DNA of 64,000 bases from Squalus acanthias. Taxonomy: Eukaryota. The notes under the pieces are model-generated. The model was not told the origin of the DNA and did not search any database. It saw nothing but the letters and a program-made list of their open reading frames with translations. The translations under genes and the position numbers were made by a program. The stretch's first letter is position 1. Each line of letters opens with the position of its first letter. This document shows, piece after piece, positions 13,574 through 25,783 of this stretch. The stretch lies in NCBI GenBank assembly GCA_030390025.1, contig CM059438.1, forward strand, positions 61,630,001-61,694,000. Direction: 5' to 3'.

Positions 13574-13630
13574 ATGGGTCGAGCATACCAAAAACTGGAA
13601 GTAGCTGCAAAACCTGATCATCTTGAACAG
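13574..13630 (+). CDS. Unknown micro-exon gene, exon B (MGRAYQKLEVAAKPDHLEQ)
   Basis: T-run-CCAG acceptor, CAG|GTAAAT donor, 57 nt, phase 0-0. Confidence 0.75.
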
Positions 13631-14329
13631 GTAAATGCAATGCAGTAATAAAAAGCTATTGTGCCTGTTGTATTTTATTTCCTTCTGGGTTTGAATGGTT
13701 GCTATTCCCTTGATTGTAAGTTATTCATTTTCTGTGGAACCATTCAGCAGATCGCAGGTCCGGGAAAGGCCTGCAATTCCCTGCAGGAGAGCAGGCTGTG
13801 GACTATTTCAGTGATTAAAAATATCTGTGGGATAAATTTCTGCACCTCTAAGTTTGACTGGGACTACAACTGTGAGCATGAGCCAATGGTGAGGAAGAAG
13901 GAAAGTGTGGCGCAAGGAAGGAGCAGAGAAAATGGCAATTTAACATTTTTATTTCAAGGGTGAGACAACAAGCAGGAGGCTGAAAAAGTCTTTAAAAGGA
14001 ACAAAATGGTAAAAAAAAAATTAACAGTTTAAAAAGGGTAAAGGTTAAAAATTTAAATTTATAACTATCCTGCAGAGAATTCCAACATGGTGGATGGAGG
14101 ATCTGAGATTTTCCAGAAAGGGCCTCTGAACATTTTCAGACTGGGCACAAAGCCAACTAGTAGATACGTTGTGTAATTACAGCGTGACAGGTTATGTATG
14201 CAAAATATATGCTAAATGTCCACACGCGTAAAAGTTGACACACAAAAGTGACAAAAACGTGACGCCAGAAAGTCAACTGGTACATACAGGAAAGGTGAGC
14301 AGACGCAAGATTTTTTATATATTATGGAT

Positions 14330-14700
14330 AGATTGGTATCAGCACAATTGGTAACGGGGTCCTGCCATTTGATAATGCATGATGGATCAGACATGGTGCA
14401 GGCAAAACTTGTCAAGCTGATGTGGCAGCAGTAGTACGGCCAGGTTTCACAATCATGGAGAAGAACCAAGGTCACAAGTGCATGATAGATTTTGAGTTTG
14501 GTGTGCAAGCTGATGCTTTGCTGACCCCAGAGCCACTCAGTCTGCCTGAAGGGCAGCCGAGCTCTCTGGTACTAGAGAACACTTCTTGATCAATGAGAGC
14601 AGTGTTTGACGGTGGACTTATTGCAAAGTGCTTTAGATACAAGGCTGTTGTTGGGCTTTGACTGTAGCCAGAGAGTGTGCATGAAGTGGAACTCATGGAA
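14330..14700 (-). mobile_element. Old RTE-like LINE fragment
   Basis: TKLKIYHALV..LL..CETW motif typical of the RTE ORF C-terminal region. Confidence 0.5.
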
Positions 14701-15202
14701 TGTTATTCCAAACCATTTTAGCTTGCAGCTTTAAAACTGTCAGTTGAACAAATCTTACAAATTGCACTTTTGGGCAGAACCAGCTGCATTCAGGATAATG
14801 TAGGGCTGGTAGATACCACGTGAGATCCAACTAAATTTTTTAACCATTTATGTATATTGCAGGCAGCAATTTAAGACTAATTAGATCTGTTAAGGAATAA
14901 GTAGAATAGAGACATAGGGCTGGATTTTGTCTTGGGGTCGGGTTGGGGTTTGGGGTCGTGTAATCCGCATTTCGTGTTGCCCACCCGACTCCAGATTAGT
15001 GTGGATGAATGATGCGATTTTAACTTAATTGGCCAATTGAGTTCCAACATGTGGGAACCCATGGCCAATGAGTTATTCCAGTCTGAAAGTCGCCTCCGAT
15101 GACGTCATCATTGCTGCTGCATTTAAGGTCTGCAACAAGCCTTGCTTCCTCTCCAGGCTGCCAAGCTTTTGGACCTCTATTCTAAAGGCAACTGCAGCAG
15201 GA

Positions 15203-17162
15203 ATGGCCAGCCAACGGCCCAGGTCTGCTCCCAGGTTCCACGACGTTGCCCTGCAGGCTTTGGTGGATGGAGCAAGAGCCAACAGGGAGGTGCTCTTCCC
15301 CTCCTCAGGGAGGAAGAAGCCTCCCCAGCAGACCAAGGCTGTGTGGGTCCAGATCGCCCAGGAGGTCACCTCCTTATCATTCACCTGCAGAACCTGGATC
15401 CAGTGCAGGAAGAGGTTTCATGACCTACGTACTGCTAAAGTGAGTATGACTTTCCCTTCACCCTCAATCTGATCCCCATTGCCTCTCCTCACCAGCACTC
15501 AGCTTTAGCAACCTCTTCCTCCATATCCCACTTGACACTGACATCCATGCACCCTTACCCATTCCCTCTCCCTCTATGGTCACATTCACCTTACTATTTG
15601 ACTATGCAGCCCTCACACTACCTATCACTGTCATGCTTTGAAAACAACTTACAACACACAGGGAGGGCCCTTGGTCTCGCCACCTCAATCCATCTTTGTC
15701 TCCTTCTAAGCATCTATGCTATGGACTCTCTACACTCATTCCTTCAATCTCACTCAAACTCCACTTGTCTCCCTCATTGCAGGAAAAGAGAGCTCACAAT
15801 AAAAGGGAAAGAGCCAGGACAGGAGGAGGGCTACCCTCATTAGCCCAGCTCACCCCCTGGGAGGATGCGGTCCTGGAGATCGTGGGCGTAGAGGATACGC
15901 AAGTGGGGGACGGACAGACGGGTGCATCAGAGCAAGCTGGTGACTGAATAGTGTTCCATCTCTCTCCTTGACATTGCATGAGTCGCTGATAATGAATTTG
16001 AAGCTCTAACAGATGGATTTATGATCATTTGCAATATGCAATGTGCATGTAACCTTGGCATCACATCTCTGACTCTTTCCTTTACTCCCCCACAGGACCA
16101 TCGCAAGCACCCGTCCCCACTAGCCAGGAGGAAGAGCCTGAGCAGACAGACTCCTTAGAGGAAGCTGCAACCTCTGAGGGCGCAGCGTCAGCAGAACTCA
16201 GCGCACCCAGCACCAGCGCAGACACTCACACCTCAGTGGGACCCTCGGGACATAGAGTAGTGTTGTCACCTGGTGTATCACAGCTCACAAGTGAGCATCA
16301 GCAGATGGTGGAGACAGGGACAGCAGTGGAGAGTCCTAGTCGGAGGGCGCAGGACTCTGCCAGCTCGGCTCAGCTGCATGTCGACCCTCTGCCTCTGGGT
16401 CCATCCATAAGATCAGCGGTGCTGGGACTCCAGGAACAGATGCAGGAGTCTCTGACAGGTTTTGTCTCCAGGGTCACTGCGAGTGTGGAGCGAATGGAGG
16501 AGTCCATAGCGAACATGAGCAGAGCCTTTGTGGAGTCATTGGCGCATGAACGCATCACCACGGAAAGGATGGCAACCTCCGTGGAAAGGATGGCTACAGT
16601 AGAGGAGAGGATGGCTACGGCTATGGAGGAGATAAGTCGCCAGAGTGCAGAAAACATGGTCATTGTTCAGAATAGACTGGCATCTCTTGAGGAGCGATGG
16701 TCATCTATTGAACAGAGAAACCAGACCTTCATGGAAGTCCTTCTGAGTAGGACTTCCAGTGCAGATACGGGTCCCCATGGCCCCCCTGATGTGCAGCAAG
16801 GTGCTCTCAAGCCACTTGCAAGCGTTGAGGTGGACCTGACCCATGAGAAGGATGTTGGTGGCACACAACAAGGAGGTGGGGGCTCCTCTCCAAGCGCTCA
16901 CACTTCCATGCCACTGACAAGTCCTCAGTCAGAGCCCCACCAGAGTCCATACCCAAGTGAGATCGGCGTCTCAACCCCTGCCCAGCCGCAGGAACAGCAG
17001 ACTGTTGCCGAGCCCTCGCAGGTTCGCAACCCCAGAGGACGCCCGCCAAAGGAGTCGAGACAGGAGCAGCAACAAACTGAGCAGGGGGCCTCCACTTCTG
17101 CTGAAGCCACAGGGGAAGCACCACGTAGGAGCACGCGTAAGAGAAAGAAACTGCACAAATAG
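15203..17162 (+). CDS. Harbinger Myb/SANT-like DNA-binding protein; exons 15203..15439, 15783..15939, 16096..17162 (486 aa)
   Basis: APRF...W..IA..V...RTWIQCRKRFHDL and RTGGG motifs; GT-AG introns of phase 0 and 1 join in frame; AATAAA at 17230. Confidence 0.88.
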
Positions 17163-17419
17163 TCACAAGGGTAGTCACTTGGGTGAATTTTGATGTTTAA
17201 TGTGAAAAAGCCATCAGGTGTAAAGTGTAAATAAAAACTCTGATGGCTACAGCTGCAGTTGTGGCGTCTGTCATTTCGCTAATGGGACTTCCACAATGAG
17301 GCCTTAGGATAACTTGCAATTGTCAGTATGGTGGTCACATTGTTAGGGATCCGCTGGGTCTGGGCCATTGTCGTAGCTCTGGTAAGAAGCTACGAGGCAA
17401 AAGTGCTTGCTTGTCTAGG

Positions 17420-18685
17420 CTAAGCAAATCTGGCCAAGATGAGTGCATTCCTTGCATTCCGGCCAGCTATGGTCTCGCGTAATGCTGCCACTGGTTGAGG
17501 TGCCTCTGCAAGTTGTTCGTTCTCTCTCTCCTCCTCCTCCTCCTCATCTGAGGAGGCTATGTGAGGAGCCACTTGGTCCTCCGGCATCTGTAAGCCACGA
17601 CGCTGTGCCATGTTGTGAAGTGCACAGCAAACCACGACGATTCTGGAGACCCTGGCTGCTGAGTATTGCAGGGCTCCACCTGATCTATCCAGGCATCTGA
17701 AGCGAATCTTCAGCATACCGATGGTTTGCTCGATTATGGCTCTGGTGGAAATGTGGCTGGAGTTGTAGCTCTCCTCAGCTGCATTGGATGGGCTCCTCAA
17801 CGGCGTCATTAGCCATGTCTTCAGTGGATAGCCCTTGTCTCCAAGTAGCCATCTGTGAAGTTGGTCTGGCGGACTGAAGAGCGGAGGCACACTAGACTGG
17901 AGCAGTATGAAGGAGTCATGGCAACTGCCAGGGTACTTGGCACAAACATGCAGAACTTCCTTGTTGTGGTCACACACCAGCTGAACGTTGAGGGAGTGGA
18001 AGCCCTTGCGGTTGACAAAAATACCTGGATTGCGATGGGGTGCCTTAAGGGCCACATGTGTGCAGTCAACGACGCCCTGCACCCTTGGAAAGCCTGCCAG
18101 ATTAGCTAATCCAACCGCATGCGCCGTGACACTTGCTCGATCCTTGGTGAAATGGATGTGATTGTGCGCGATGGCAAAGAGGGCATCGGTTACCTGCGTG
18201 ATGCAGGTGTGTGCGGCCGCCTGGGAGATGCCGCTGATGTCTGCTGCTGATCCCTGGAATGAGCCTGAGGCAAAAAAGTTGAGTGCGGTGGTGACTTTGA
18301 CGGCCACTGGTAAGGGGCGTCCACCTGGTTCTCTGGGCTCCAGGTCTTGTTGCAGCATTGCGCAGATGTCACCCGCTACCTCTCGCGAAAGTCGGAGCCG
18401 CCTTTGGCACTGCTGCTCAGACATGTTGAGGTAGCTGACCCTCTGTCTGTAGACCCTGTTTGGGGGGTATCTCCTGCGCCGACGGCCTTCCATGCGCTGG
18501 CCCCTTCTGTCCTGTGCAGCTTCAGGTGGGTGAGCAGCAGCTTGGTGCTCCTGCTGTTGCTGCTGCTGTTGTTCATGGTTCTGCTGGTGCCGCGGCTGCT
18601 GTTCCTCCTCATCGGATACCCAGGAGGGAAGGAAATAAATGGCTCCCATGCCTCTGGTATATGTCTCAGTTGAGGAAGCCCTCAA
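17420..18685 (-). CDS. Harbinger (HARBI1-like) DDE transposase, uninterrupted ORF (start may be the ATG at ~18649)
   Basis: [37 protein letters not shown] and CCALHN motifs. Confidence 0.93.
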   Translation of the reverse strand: MRASSTETYTRGMGAIYFLPSWVSDEEEQQPRHQQNHEQQQQQQQEHQAAAHPPEAAQDRRGQRMEGRRRRRYPPNRVYRQRVSYLNMSEQQCQRRLRLSREVAGDICAMLQQDLEPREPGGRPLPVAVKVTTALNFFASGSFQGSAADISGISQAAAHTCITQVTDALFAIAHNHIHFTKDRASVTAHAVGLANLAGFPRVQGVVDCTHVALKAPHRNPGIFVNRKGFHSLNVQLVCDHNKEVLHVCAKYPGSCHDSFILLQSSVPPLFSPPDQLHRWLLGDKGYPLKTWLMTPLRSPSNAAEESYNSSHISTRAIIEQTIGMLKIRFRCLDRSGGALQYSAARVSRIVVVCCALHNMAQRRGLQMPEDQVAPHIASSDEEEEEERENEQLAEAPQPVAALRETIAGRNARNALILARFA

Positions 18686-19292
18686 TGAGGGTGGCGAGAG
18701 GGGGTTCCCAGGAGGTCACACTGCAGATGGGTGTCAGGCTCCAAACTTCCAGAGCTGTGGTTATGCCTTCTAAAAGTTCCCCCAGACCTGTGACAACAAA
18801 GTCCTGCCACCTGCAATTGATGGCTGATCAAATCTCCTATTTAAAGGTTGAGCTGCAGCTGAGAGTCAGCAATCCACTTGTGCTCCTGCCAGGTTTCACT
18901 GGAGTGTTTCACACCAGGCGTGCTTCACGTGGGAAAAGGGTTAAACTACCTAAAATGCTTCAAAATGGCATTACTGAGCCAATTTAGGGCTTGTTAAGGG
19001 CTTTAATGGCCTCTCCCGCCTCTTGGAGGCGGGACGGAGTCGGGAACCCCGCGACTAATTTTGTCAAAATTGCGTGGAGGCGGGATGGAGTCGGAAAACC
19101 CGACCCCACAAATTTAACCCCCCACACGCCTCCAAACCCGACTCCATGGGTCAATCAAAATCCAGCCCATAGAGAATTAGGATATAGCTGAGGTATCAAA
19201 TTAATTCTTCATAGGAATTTAAACGTCTGGAAATGTTAGTGGAGCATCTGTTGCAAACAAAGTTGAGAAATAAATGTACACAGGGTACAACT

Positions 19293-19690
19293 AGGATGGC
19301 TCCACTCTTGCCTCTGGGTTATAAAGTTGTGGATTCAAGCCCGGTCTGAGTTTATAATCTAGATCAGCACCCAAGTGCAGTACTGAGGGAGGGCTGTACT
19401 GTCGGAGGTGCCGACCTTTGGGTAAAATGTTAAACTGAAGTCCCACCTGCTTGTTCCACTGCTTCATGTGGTAGTTTCCTGGCCAACATTCTTCAACCAG
19501 TAAATCCCCCAAAAAACAGATTAACTGGCCATTCATTTCATTGCTGTTAGTGAGATCATGTTATGTACAAAATTGCAACTGTGGGTGTATGCATACAGTC
19601 TAGAGTAATTAAACTACACTCCAAAGTAATTAATTCTTTGTGCAGTACCTTGAGATGTTTGAGACATGATAAGGCTTTATGGTGTGCACA
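19293..19690 (+). mobile_element. Degenerate tRNA-derived SINE
   Basis: Similar to the copies at 37502 and 38849. Confidence 0.55.
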
Positions 19691-20353
19691 TTAGAATCTT
19701 TAAGGAAATTAGAGTAAATAAGTGAGGCTGAAGATTTGATTTTGGTACTTTTAAGAGTTCTTTATGGTTGCTCCTCCTGGGACCGGAGGGTAGCGAATGT
19801 AATGCATCCAAGATTAGACTAACTGGTCTAAGTCAGTAGTGGAAAAAACACTTCACAAAACAAATGGACAATTTATACTGGCTCTTCCAAACCTGATGCA
19901 ACTTGGTTTTGAAATTCATCTGAAGCTTTTTGACGTTCCAGGGATTAATTCCTACTGAACCCGAACTGCAGATGACCGCGATCATGCCTCCGGCTGCTGA
20001 GGGTGCTTCACTTCCACTGCTCTCGTGAAATTGCTTGGCAGAATTTCTGTTTACAAAACAAGTTTATCGCCACTGTAAAATAGAAACTACTTCATTACCA
20101 TTTTAATACTTCCTAAAGAGTAGAGAGGTCATAAAGAAGAGTCAATATGGATTTAGAGGCAACAGCTTGTGCCTAATTAAACTACTGGGATTCTTCTTGG
20201 AGGTGACAACTTCCAGGAGATAACAGTTAGTTCACAAGCAATCCAGTTGAAAAAATTACTTGGATTTTCAGGAGTTTGACAAAGTTTGACCTTTGAAGCT
20301 GCTGAACAAAAATATTGAAAGGTTTAACCAGTGGAGTTCAGTTCCATTTTAAA

Positions 20354-23075
20354 TCATAGATATTTACGGCACAGAAGGAGGCCATTCGGCCCATCGTGTC
20401 TGTGCCTGCCGAAAAAGAGCTATCCAGCCTAATCCACCTTTCTGGCTTTTCCTCCGTAGCCTTGTAGGTTACAGCACTTCAAGTGCCTGTCAAAGTACTT
20501 TTTAAATATGATGAGGATGTCTGCCTCTACCACCCTTTCAGGCAGTGCGTTCCAGACCCCCACCACCCTCTGGGTGAAAAAAGTTCTCAACTCCCCTCTA
20601 ATCCTTCTACCAAATACTTTAAATCTATGCCCCCTGATTATTGACCTCTGTGCAAAGGGAAATAGATCCTTCCTATCCACTCTATCTAGGCCCCTCATAA
20701 TAAGAACATAAGAAATAGGAGCAGGAGTAGGCCATTTGGCCCTTCGAGCCTGCTCCGCCATTCAATAAGATCATGGCTGATCTTCTACCTCATCTCCACT
20801 TTCCTGCACTATCCTGATATCCCTTGATTCCCTTAATATTCAACTAGGGGAAACATCCTCCCTGCATCTACCCTGTCAAGCCCTGTAAGAATTTTGTATG
20901 TTTCAATGAGATCACCTCTCATTCTTCTAAACTCTAGAGAATATAGGCATAGTCTACTCAATCTGTCCTCTTAGGACAATCCCCCCATCCCAGGAACCAG
21001 TCTGGTGAACCTTCGTTGCACTCCCTCTATGGCAAGTATAACCTTCCTTAGGTAAGGAGACCAAAACTTTACACAATACTCCAGGTGTGGTCCCACCAGG
21101 GCCTATATAATTGCAGTAAGACATCTTGGGGGAGAAATTCAGTATCGCCCCATTTGGGGCGCAATTATCGGCCGGGCACAAAGACTAGCGCCTGGCGCTA
21201 ATTATCGCCACCGACTGCAAACTTGACTTTTATCGCCCCTGGAGGTGATTGGAGCGCTAAATCAGGCTCTTCACACCTGTCTTAAGGCGCAAAGGCCGAG
21301 GAGCGAGGCGCTACCTCAGAGCGCTGGCGAAGCTCATGTAATGTCAGTCAGCAATGGAACACACACACAATGGCATGGGCCAGTTCTTAAAGGGGATGGT
21401 TAATCTTGCTTTCCATCCACATCCTGCTCATTGCAGCCTTGAATCTCGGCCTGGAGAGACCTGCACATCAAATCTGCTGGAAAGAACAATGGAGAGTACC
21501 AGGCAAAGAGCTCAGAGTGCAGCCCCCACAGACACTTCTAAATCGATACAAGGAATGGCAAATCAAAATGAACCTGCAAAGTGCTGCTCAGTACCCAAAA
21601 CACCTTCACACAACGTTGAATCTCTCCAGAAGTCTCTCTCTCTCTCAGAATGCGTAGTTCAAAAATGGCACCAACAATAAAAGGCAGGAAGCGGTCACCT
21701 TTAAATAGCGCTCCCCCTTTCCCTTCATGACTGGAGAACGCTCCCCTCAACCTGTCGTTGCTAGCGTCAGGCGGTAAGGCAGGGAGCGCCACTCAATATC
21801 CGCTCCGGGGCGTTGCGCACTCGACTGACGTCACAATCTGCCGGCGCAGGAGATCGTGGCAGTAGTGTTTAGCGCCGCCGCAAAATGTCTAGTTAATTTC
21901 GCGAGCGGCGCAAACTTCGCCGCGCCTGGGCGCTAGATGCTTTGCGCCCCATTAGCGCCCTCTTAAGGCGCTAACGGGAGGCGCAACCAACTGAATTTTT
22001 CCCCCCTTTACTCTTATACTCAAATCCTCTTGTAATAAAGGCCAACAAACCATTTGCTTTCCTAATTGCTTGCTGTACCTGCATGTTAACTTTCAGTGAT
22101 TTGTGTACAAGGACACCCAGGTCCCTCTGAACACCAACATTTCCCAGTCTTTCACTCTGCTTTTCTATTTTTCCTACCAAAGTGGATAACTTCACATTTC
22201 TCCACATTATATTCCATTTGCCATGTTCTTGCCCACTCACTTAGCCTGCCTATATCCCCCGAAGCCTCCTTGCATCCTCCTCACAACTTACATTCCCACC
22301 CAGCTTTGTATCATCAGCAAACTTGGATATATTACATTTGGTCCCCTCATCCAAATCATTGATGTAGATTGTGAATAGCTGAGGCCCAAGCACTGATCCT
22401 TGTGGTACCCCACTAGTTATAGCCTGCCAACCCGAAAATGACCCGTTTATTCCTACTCTCTGTTTTCTGTCCGTTAACCAATCCTCAATCCATGCTAGTA
22501 TAGTACCCTCAATCCCATGAGCCCTAATTTTGTTTAATAACCTCTTGTATGGCACCTTATCGAATGCTTTCTGAAAATCCAAATACACCATATCCACTGG
22601 TTCCCCCATATCTCGTCAGCTAGTTACAACCTAAAAAAACTCTCAACAGATTTGTCAAACACGATTTCCCTTTCATAAATCCATGTTGACTCTGCCAGTC
22701 CTATTATTATTTTCTAAGTGCCCTGTTACCACATCCTTAATAATAGATTCTAGCATTTTCACTACTACTGACGTCAGGCTAAATGGTCTGTAGTTCCCCA
22801 TTTTCTCTCTCCCTCCTTTCTTAAATAGTGGGGTTACATTTGCCACCTTCCAATCCGCGGGAACCCTTCTAGAATCTATGGAATTTTGGAATATGACAAC
22901 CAATGCATCCACTATCTCTATAGCCACCTCTTTCAAAACCCTAGGATGTAGGCCATCAGGTCCAGGGGATTTATTGGCTTTCAGTCCCATTAATTTCTCC
23001 AGTACCTTTTTTTACTAATACTAATTTCTTTCAGTTCCTCATTCTCGGTAGACCCTTGGTTCGCCACTATTTCCG
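20354..23075 (-). mobile_element. Two adjacent CR1 fragments (20354..~20697 and ~20698..23075)
   Basis: RT motifs in ORFs 20429, 22250 and 22673; two separate 3' tails. Confidence 0.88.
21128..22005. mobile_element. Non-autonomous Harbinger-like element C (878 bp) inserted in CR1
   Basis: 16-bp TIR GGGGGAGAAATTCAGT/ACTGAATTTTTCCCCC (1 mismatch), TSD CTT; removal restores CR1 sequence. Confidence 0.85.
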
Positions 23076-23139
23076 GTAAATCAAACTGGACTCTTTCTGA
23101 TTTTGAAAAGGAAAATGATCAATTTCTTCTCTCTTGCAG

Positions 23140-23190
23140 ATTGGAAGCATGGAGTCATTTGAATATTCCTTCACTAAAACCAAGAGGAAG
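23140..23190 (+). CDS. Unknown micro-exon gene, exon C (IGSMESFEYSFTKTKRK)
   Basis: TTCTTCTCTCTTGCAG acceptor, AAG|GTAACA donor, 51 nt, phase 0-0. Confidence 0.75.
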
Positions 23191-23691
23191 GTAACAATCC
23201 ATGCTTGGTGTCACCTAAATACTGCTTCATTTACATTTTCACTCCTATTTTTTTCAGCTTTCTGGGAACTTTGGCCCTTCACCTAGGTTTCTTAAATTAA
23301 AATAAAATGTTAACTGATCAAGGGCTAGGTCCCTAGTGTATGTGTGACTTGATCTGAATGGCTGATTGTAATGTGGATAGCGAGGTTCAGTACTTTGAAT
23401 ACATTCCTTATATATTTGCAACCATGCACACTCTCTTTCCTATTAGTACATCACTCACGTGCCATCACAGGAGGGCTAGGAAATTAACTGATCTCCACTT
23501 AGTGCAAATACTTTTAAATTGTTACGTACCTTGCATAAAGTTTGAATCTGCCACTGCACTATACTGTTTGCTCACTGCACCTAAATCTAGCCCAGGTCTA
23601 TCTCGTTCTTTTGAGTTGTAACCCCTTAGCACACAAATGTATAAAATGAGAAGCAGCTCATTCTTAACCAAAGTGTTTTTTATTTATATAG

Positions 23692-23742
23692 CCTTATTGT
23701 GCAGAGGAAGAAATGAAACTTGTGGTGAAGGATAAAGCTGAG
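23692..23742 (+). CDS. Unknown micro-exon gene, exon D (PYCAEEEMKLVVKDKAE)
   Basis: T-rich TAG acceptor, GAG|GTAACT donor, 51 nt, phase 0-0. Confidence 0.65.
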
Positions 23743-23999
23743 GTAACTATAATTCTATACATTTTGACTTCACGGGGAAGAGACAGATCAATAGGATTAT
23801 CGAAGATAGTTCAGGTTAACATGTTTGCAAACAAGATGATGTCAGGTCAATAAATCAAATGCACTTATTGCAGAACTGTTCCATAATTTAAGTGTATAGT
23901 GCAGTGGTGAAATAATTGCAGTGTGTAGGGAGTCTCTCATTGTTCTTTGATCTGTACATGCACTCTCTAAATGTAAAGTATTTCAATGCATAATTTTAA

Positions 24000-24680
24000 A
24001 ATTTCATTCTCGGGATATGGGCGTCACTACAAAGGCCAACATTTATTGCCTATCCATAGTTGCCCTTGAGAAGGTGGTGGTGAGCTGCCTTCTTGTACCT
24101 TCCATATAATGAAGGTGTTCCCACAGTGCTGTTAGGTAGGGAATTTCAGGATTTTGACCAAGCGACGATAAAGGAATAGCGATACATGTCCAAGTTGGGA
24201 TGGTGTGTGACTTGGAGGTGATGGTGTTCCCATGCACCAGCTGCCCTTGTCCTTCCAGGTGGTAGAGGTCATGGGTTTGGGAGGTACTGTCAAAGAAGCC
24301 TTAGCGAGTTACTGCAGTGCTTCCTGTAGATAGTACACACTGCAGTCACAGTGTGCCAGTGATGGAGGGAGTGGATGTATAGGGTGCTGATCAACCGGAC
24401 TGCTTTGTCCTAGATGGTGTCGAGCTTCTTGAGTGTTGTTGCAGCTGCACCCATCCAGGCAAGTGGCGAGTATGCCATCACACTCCTGAATTGTGCCTTG
24501 TAGGTGGTGGAGAGATTTTGGGGAGTCAGGAGATGAGCCACTCACCACAGAATACCCAGCCTCTAACCTGCTGTAGAAGTCACAGCGTTTATGTGTCTGA
24601 TCCAGTTCAGCTTCTGGTCAATGTCGACCCCCAGGATGTTGATAGTGGGATAATTGGTGATAGTAATGCCTTGAATATGT
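24000..24680 (-). mobile_element. LINE 3' fragment (CR1/L2 group, distinct family)
   Basis: Decayed RT C-terminal coding (LLTP..LST.YKAQ.RSVM.YSPLAW) plus 3' UTR. Confidence 0.65.
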
Positions 24681-25735
24681 CAGAATAAGGTGAACCCTAC
24701 TTGTTCCAATGGCGCACTGTGGATTTTGTTTTAAAAAATGACCAGTCAATTCATTGTTACTGAGGTTAAGCAATAACCTGACGCAGAATAGATGGGGTGA
24801 ACCTTCCTGTTTCTCTATTAATTAAATTTGCTGTGAATTACTGACTTAAATACTATCACTGCATGATGCATGTTGCAATGATGTATCTGTGCCCCTCAAT
24901 AGAAGAAAAACTTCTGTAATCCATATTTAGTGCCCATGCTTTTCACAGGGTCAGCGATTTTAATGTGGAATATGTGTGCTATGTTTTCTAGTCATCCGTG
25001 TAAGATTAGATGAAATGATTGGAAATGGTTTTCTCTATGCCTAGTTACAGTCTTTGTGCAGTTGTTCCTCCAGTACAGTAGATATTCTACATGATGCAAC
25101 CACTGGGCAGAAGGTTTTAATACTTGAGTCCATTTACCTTTTAATTCTTTCCTCCCAGCATCATGAAGAGTGCCTCTGACGCCCCTTTAGACTAGTTCCT
25201 AAGACGCCCCCAAGAAGGAAGGACTCACCCAATGATGATCCCTCCCTGTGGAAAGACACCTGGGTTTTACTCCGTATCATCCCGCAGCTAATGCACTGAG
25301 AACAAGAGTTCAGCAGAGTGAGAGATCAGACCGACGCTATCATTCTGGTGGTGTGCAATACCATCCTTTAGGAGCACGAACACACTGCCAACATTGATGC
25401 TTTTAAGTGATCATAGCTTCCAGTTACGCTCGGAACTCTGCCTTCATCTCACGGTCCTAGCCCAATCGCTCCTCTCATGAGGACTGGTTCTCTTTCACTT
25501 AATTTCACCTTCTAGAGGGAGCAGCTAGGTTCCTGTCATTCCCAGAAGAGATTTTCTTCAGTATGTTTTTTTGTATGCAGAGTATGTCTGTGTGTATGCA
25601 TCCTCTTCAAGTGTTCATTTTGACTTTATAATCTAGGTCTGGTGCAGTTTAAAGCTCTATCTACACTGCCAGACATCAAAAGGGATTCCAAAGAAACATT
25701 TTGAACTGTGAAATGCTCTTTTTTCTATTATACAG

Positions 25736-25783
25736 ATTGACTACAAGAACAAACAAACTAAATTTGCTCTAGAGCACTATCAG
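25736..25783 (+). CDS. Unknown micro-exon gene, exon E (IDYKNKQTKFALEHYQ)
   Basis: Polypyrimidine-CAG acceptor, CAG|GTAAAT donor, 48 nt, phase 0-0. Confidence 0.75.

Larger units (their letters stand above)
14917..19168. mobile_element. Harbinger/PIF transposon B, apparently intact autonomous element (4252 bp)
   Basis: Perfect 13-bp TIR GGGCTGGATTTTG/CAAAATCCAGCCC, 3-bp TSD ATA on both sides, two convergent intact genes. Confidence 0.95.

Noticed and set aside
17420..18685. Domesticated host HARBI1 gene
   Set aside because: Lies between TIRs and a TSD with a Myb partner, so it is a transposon copy
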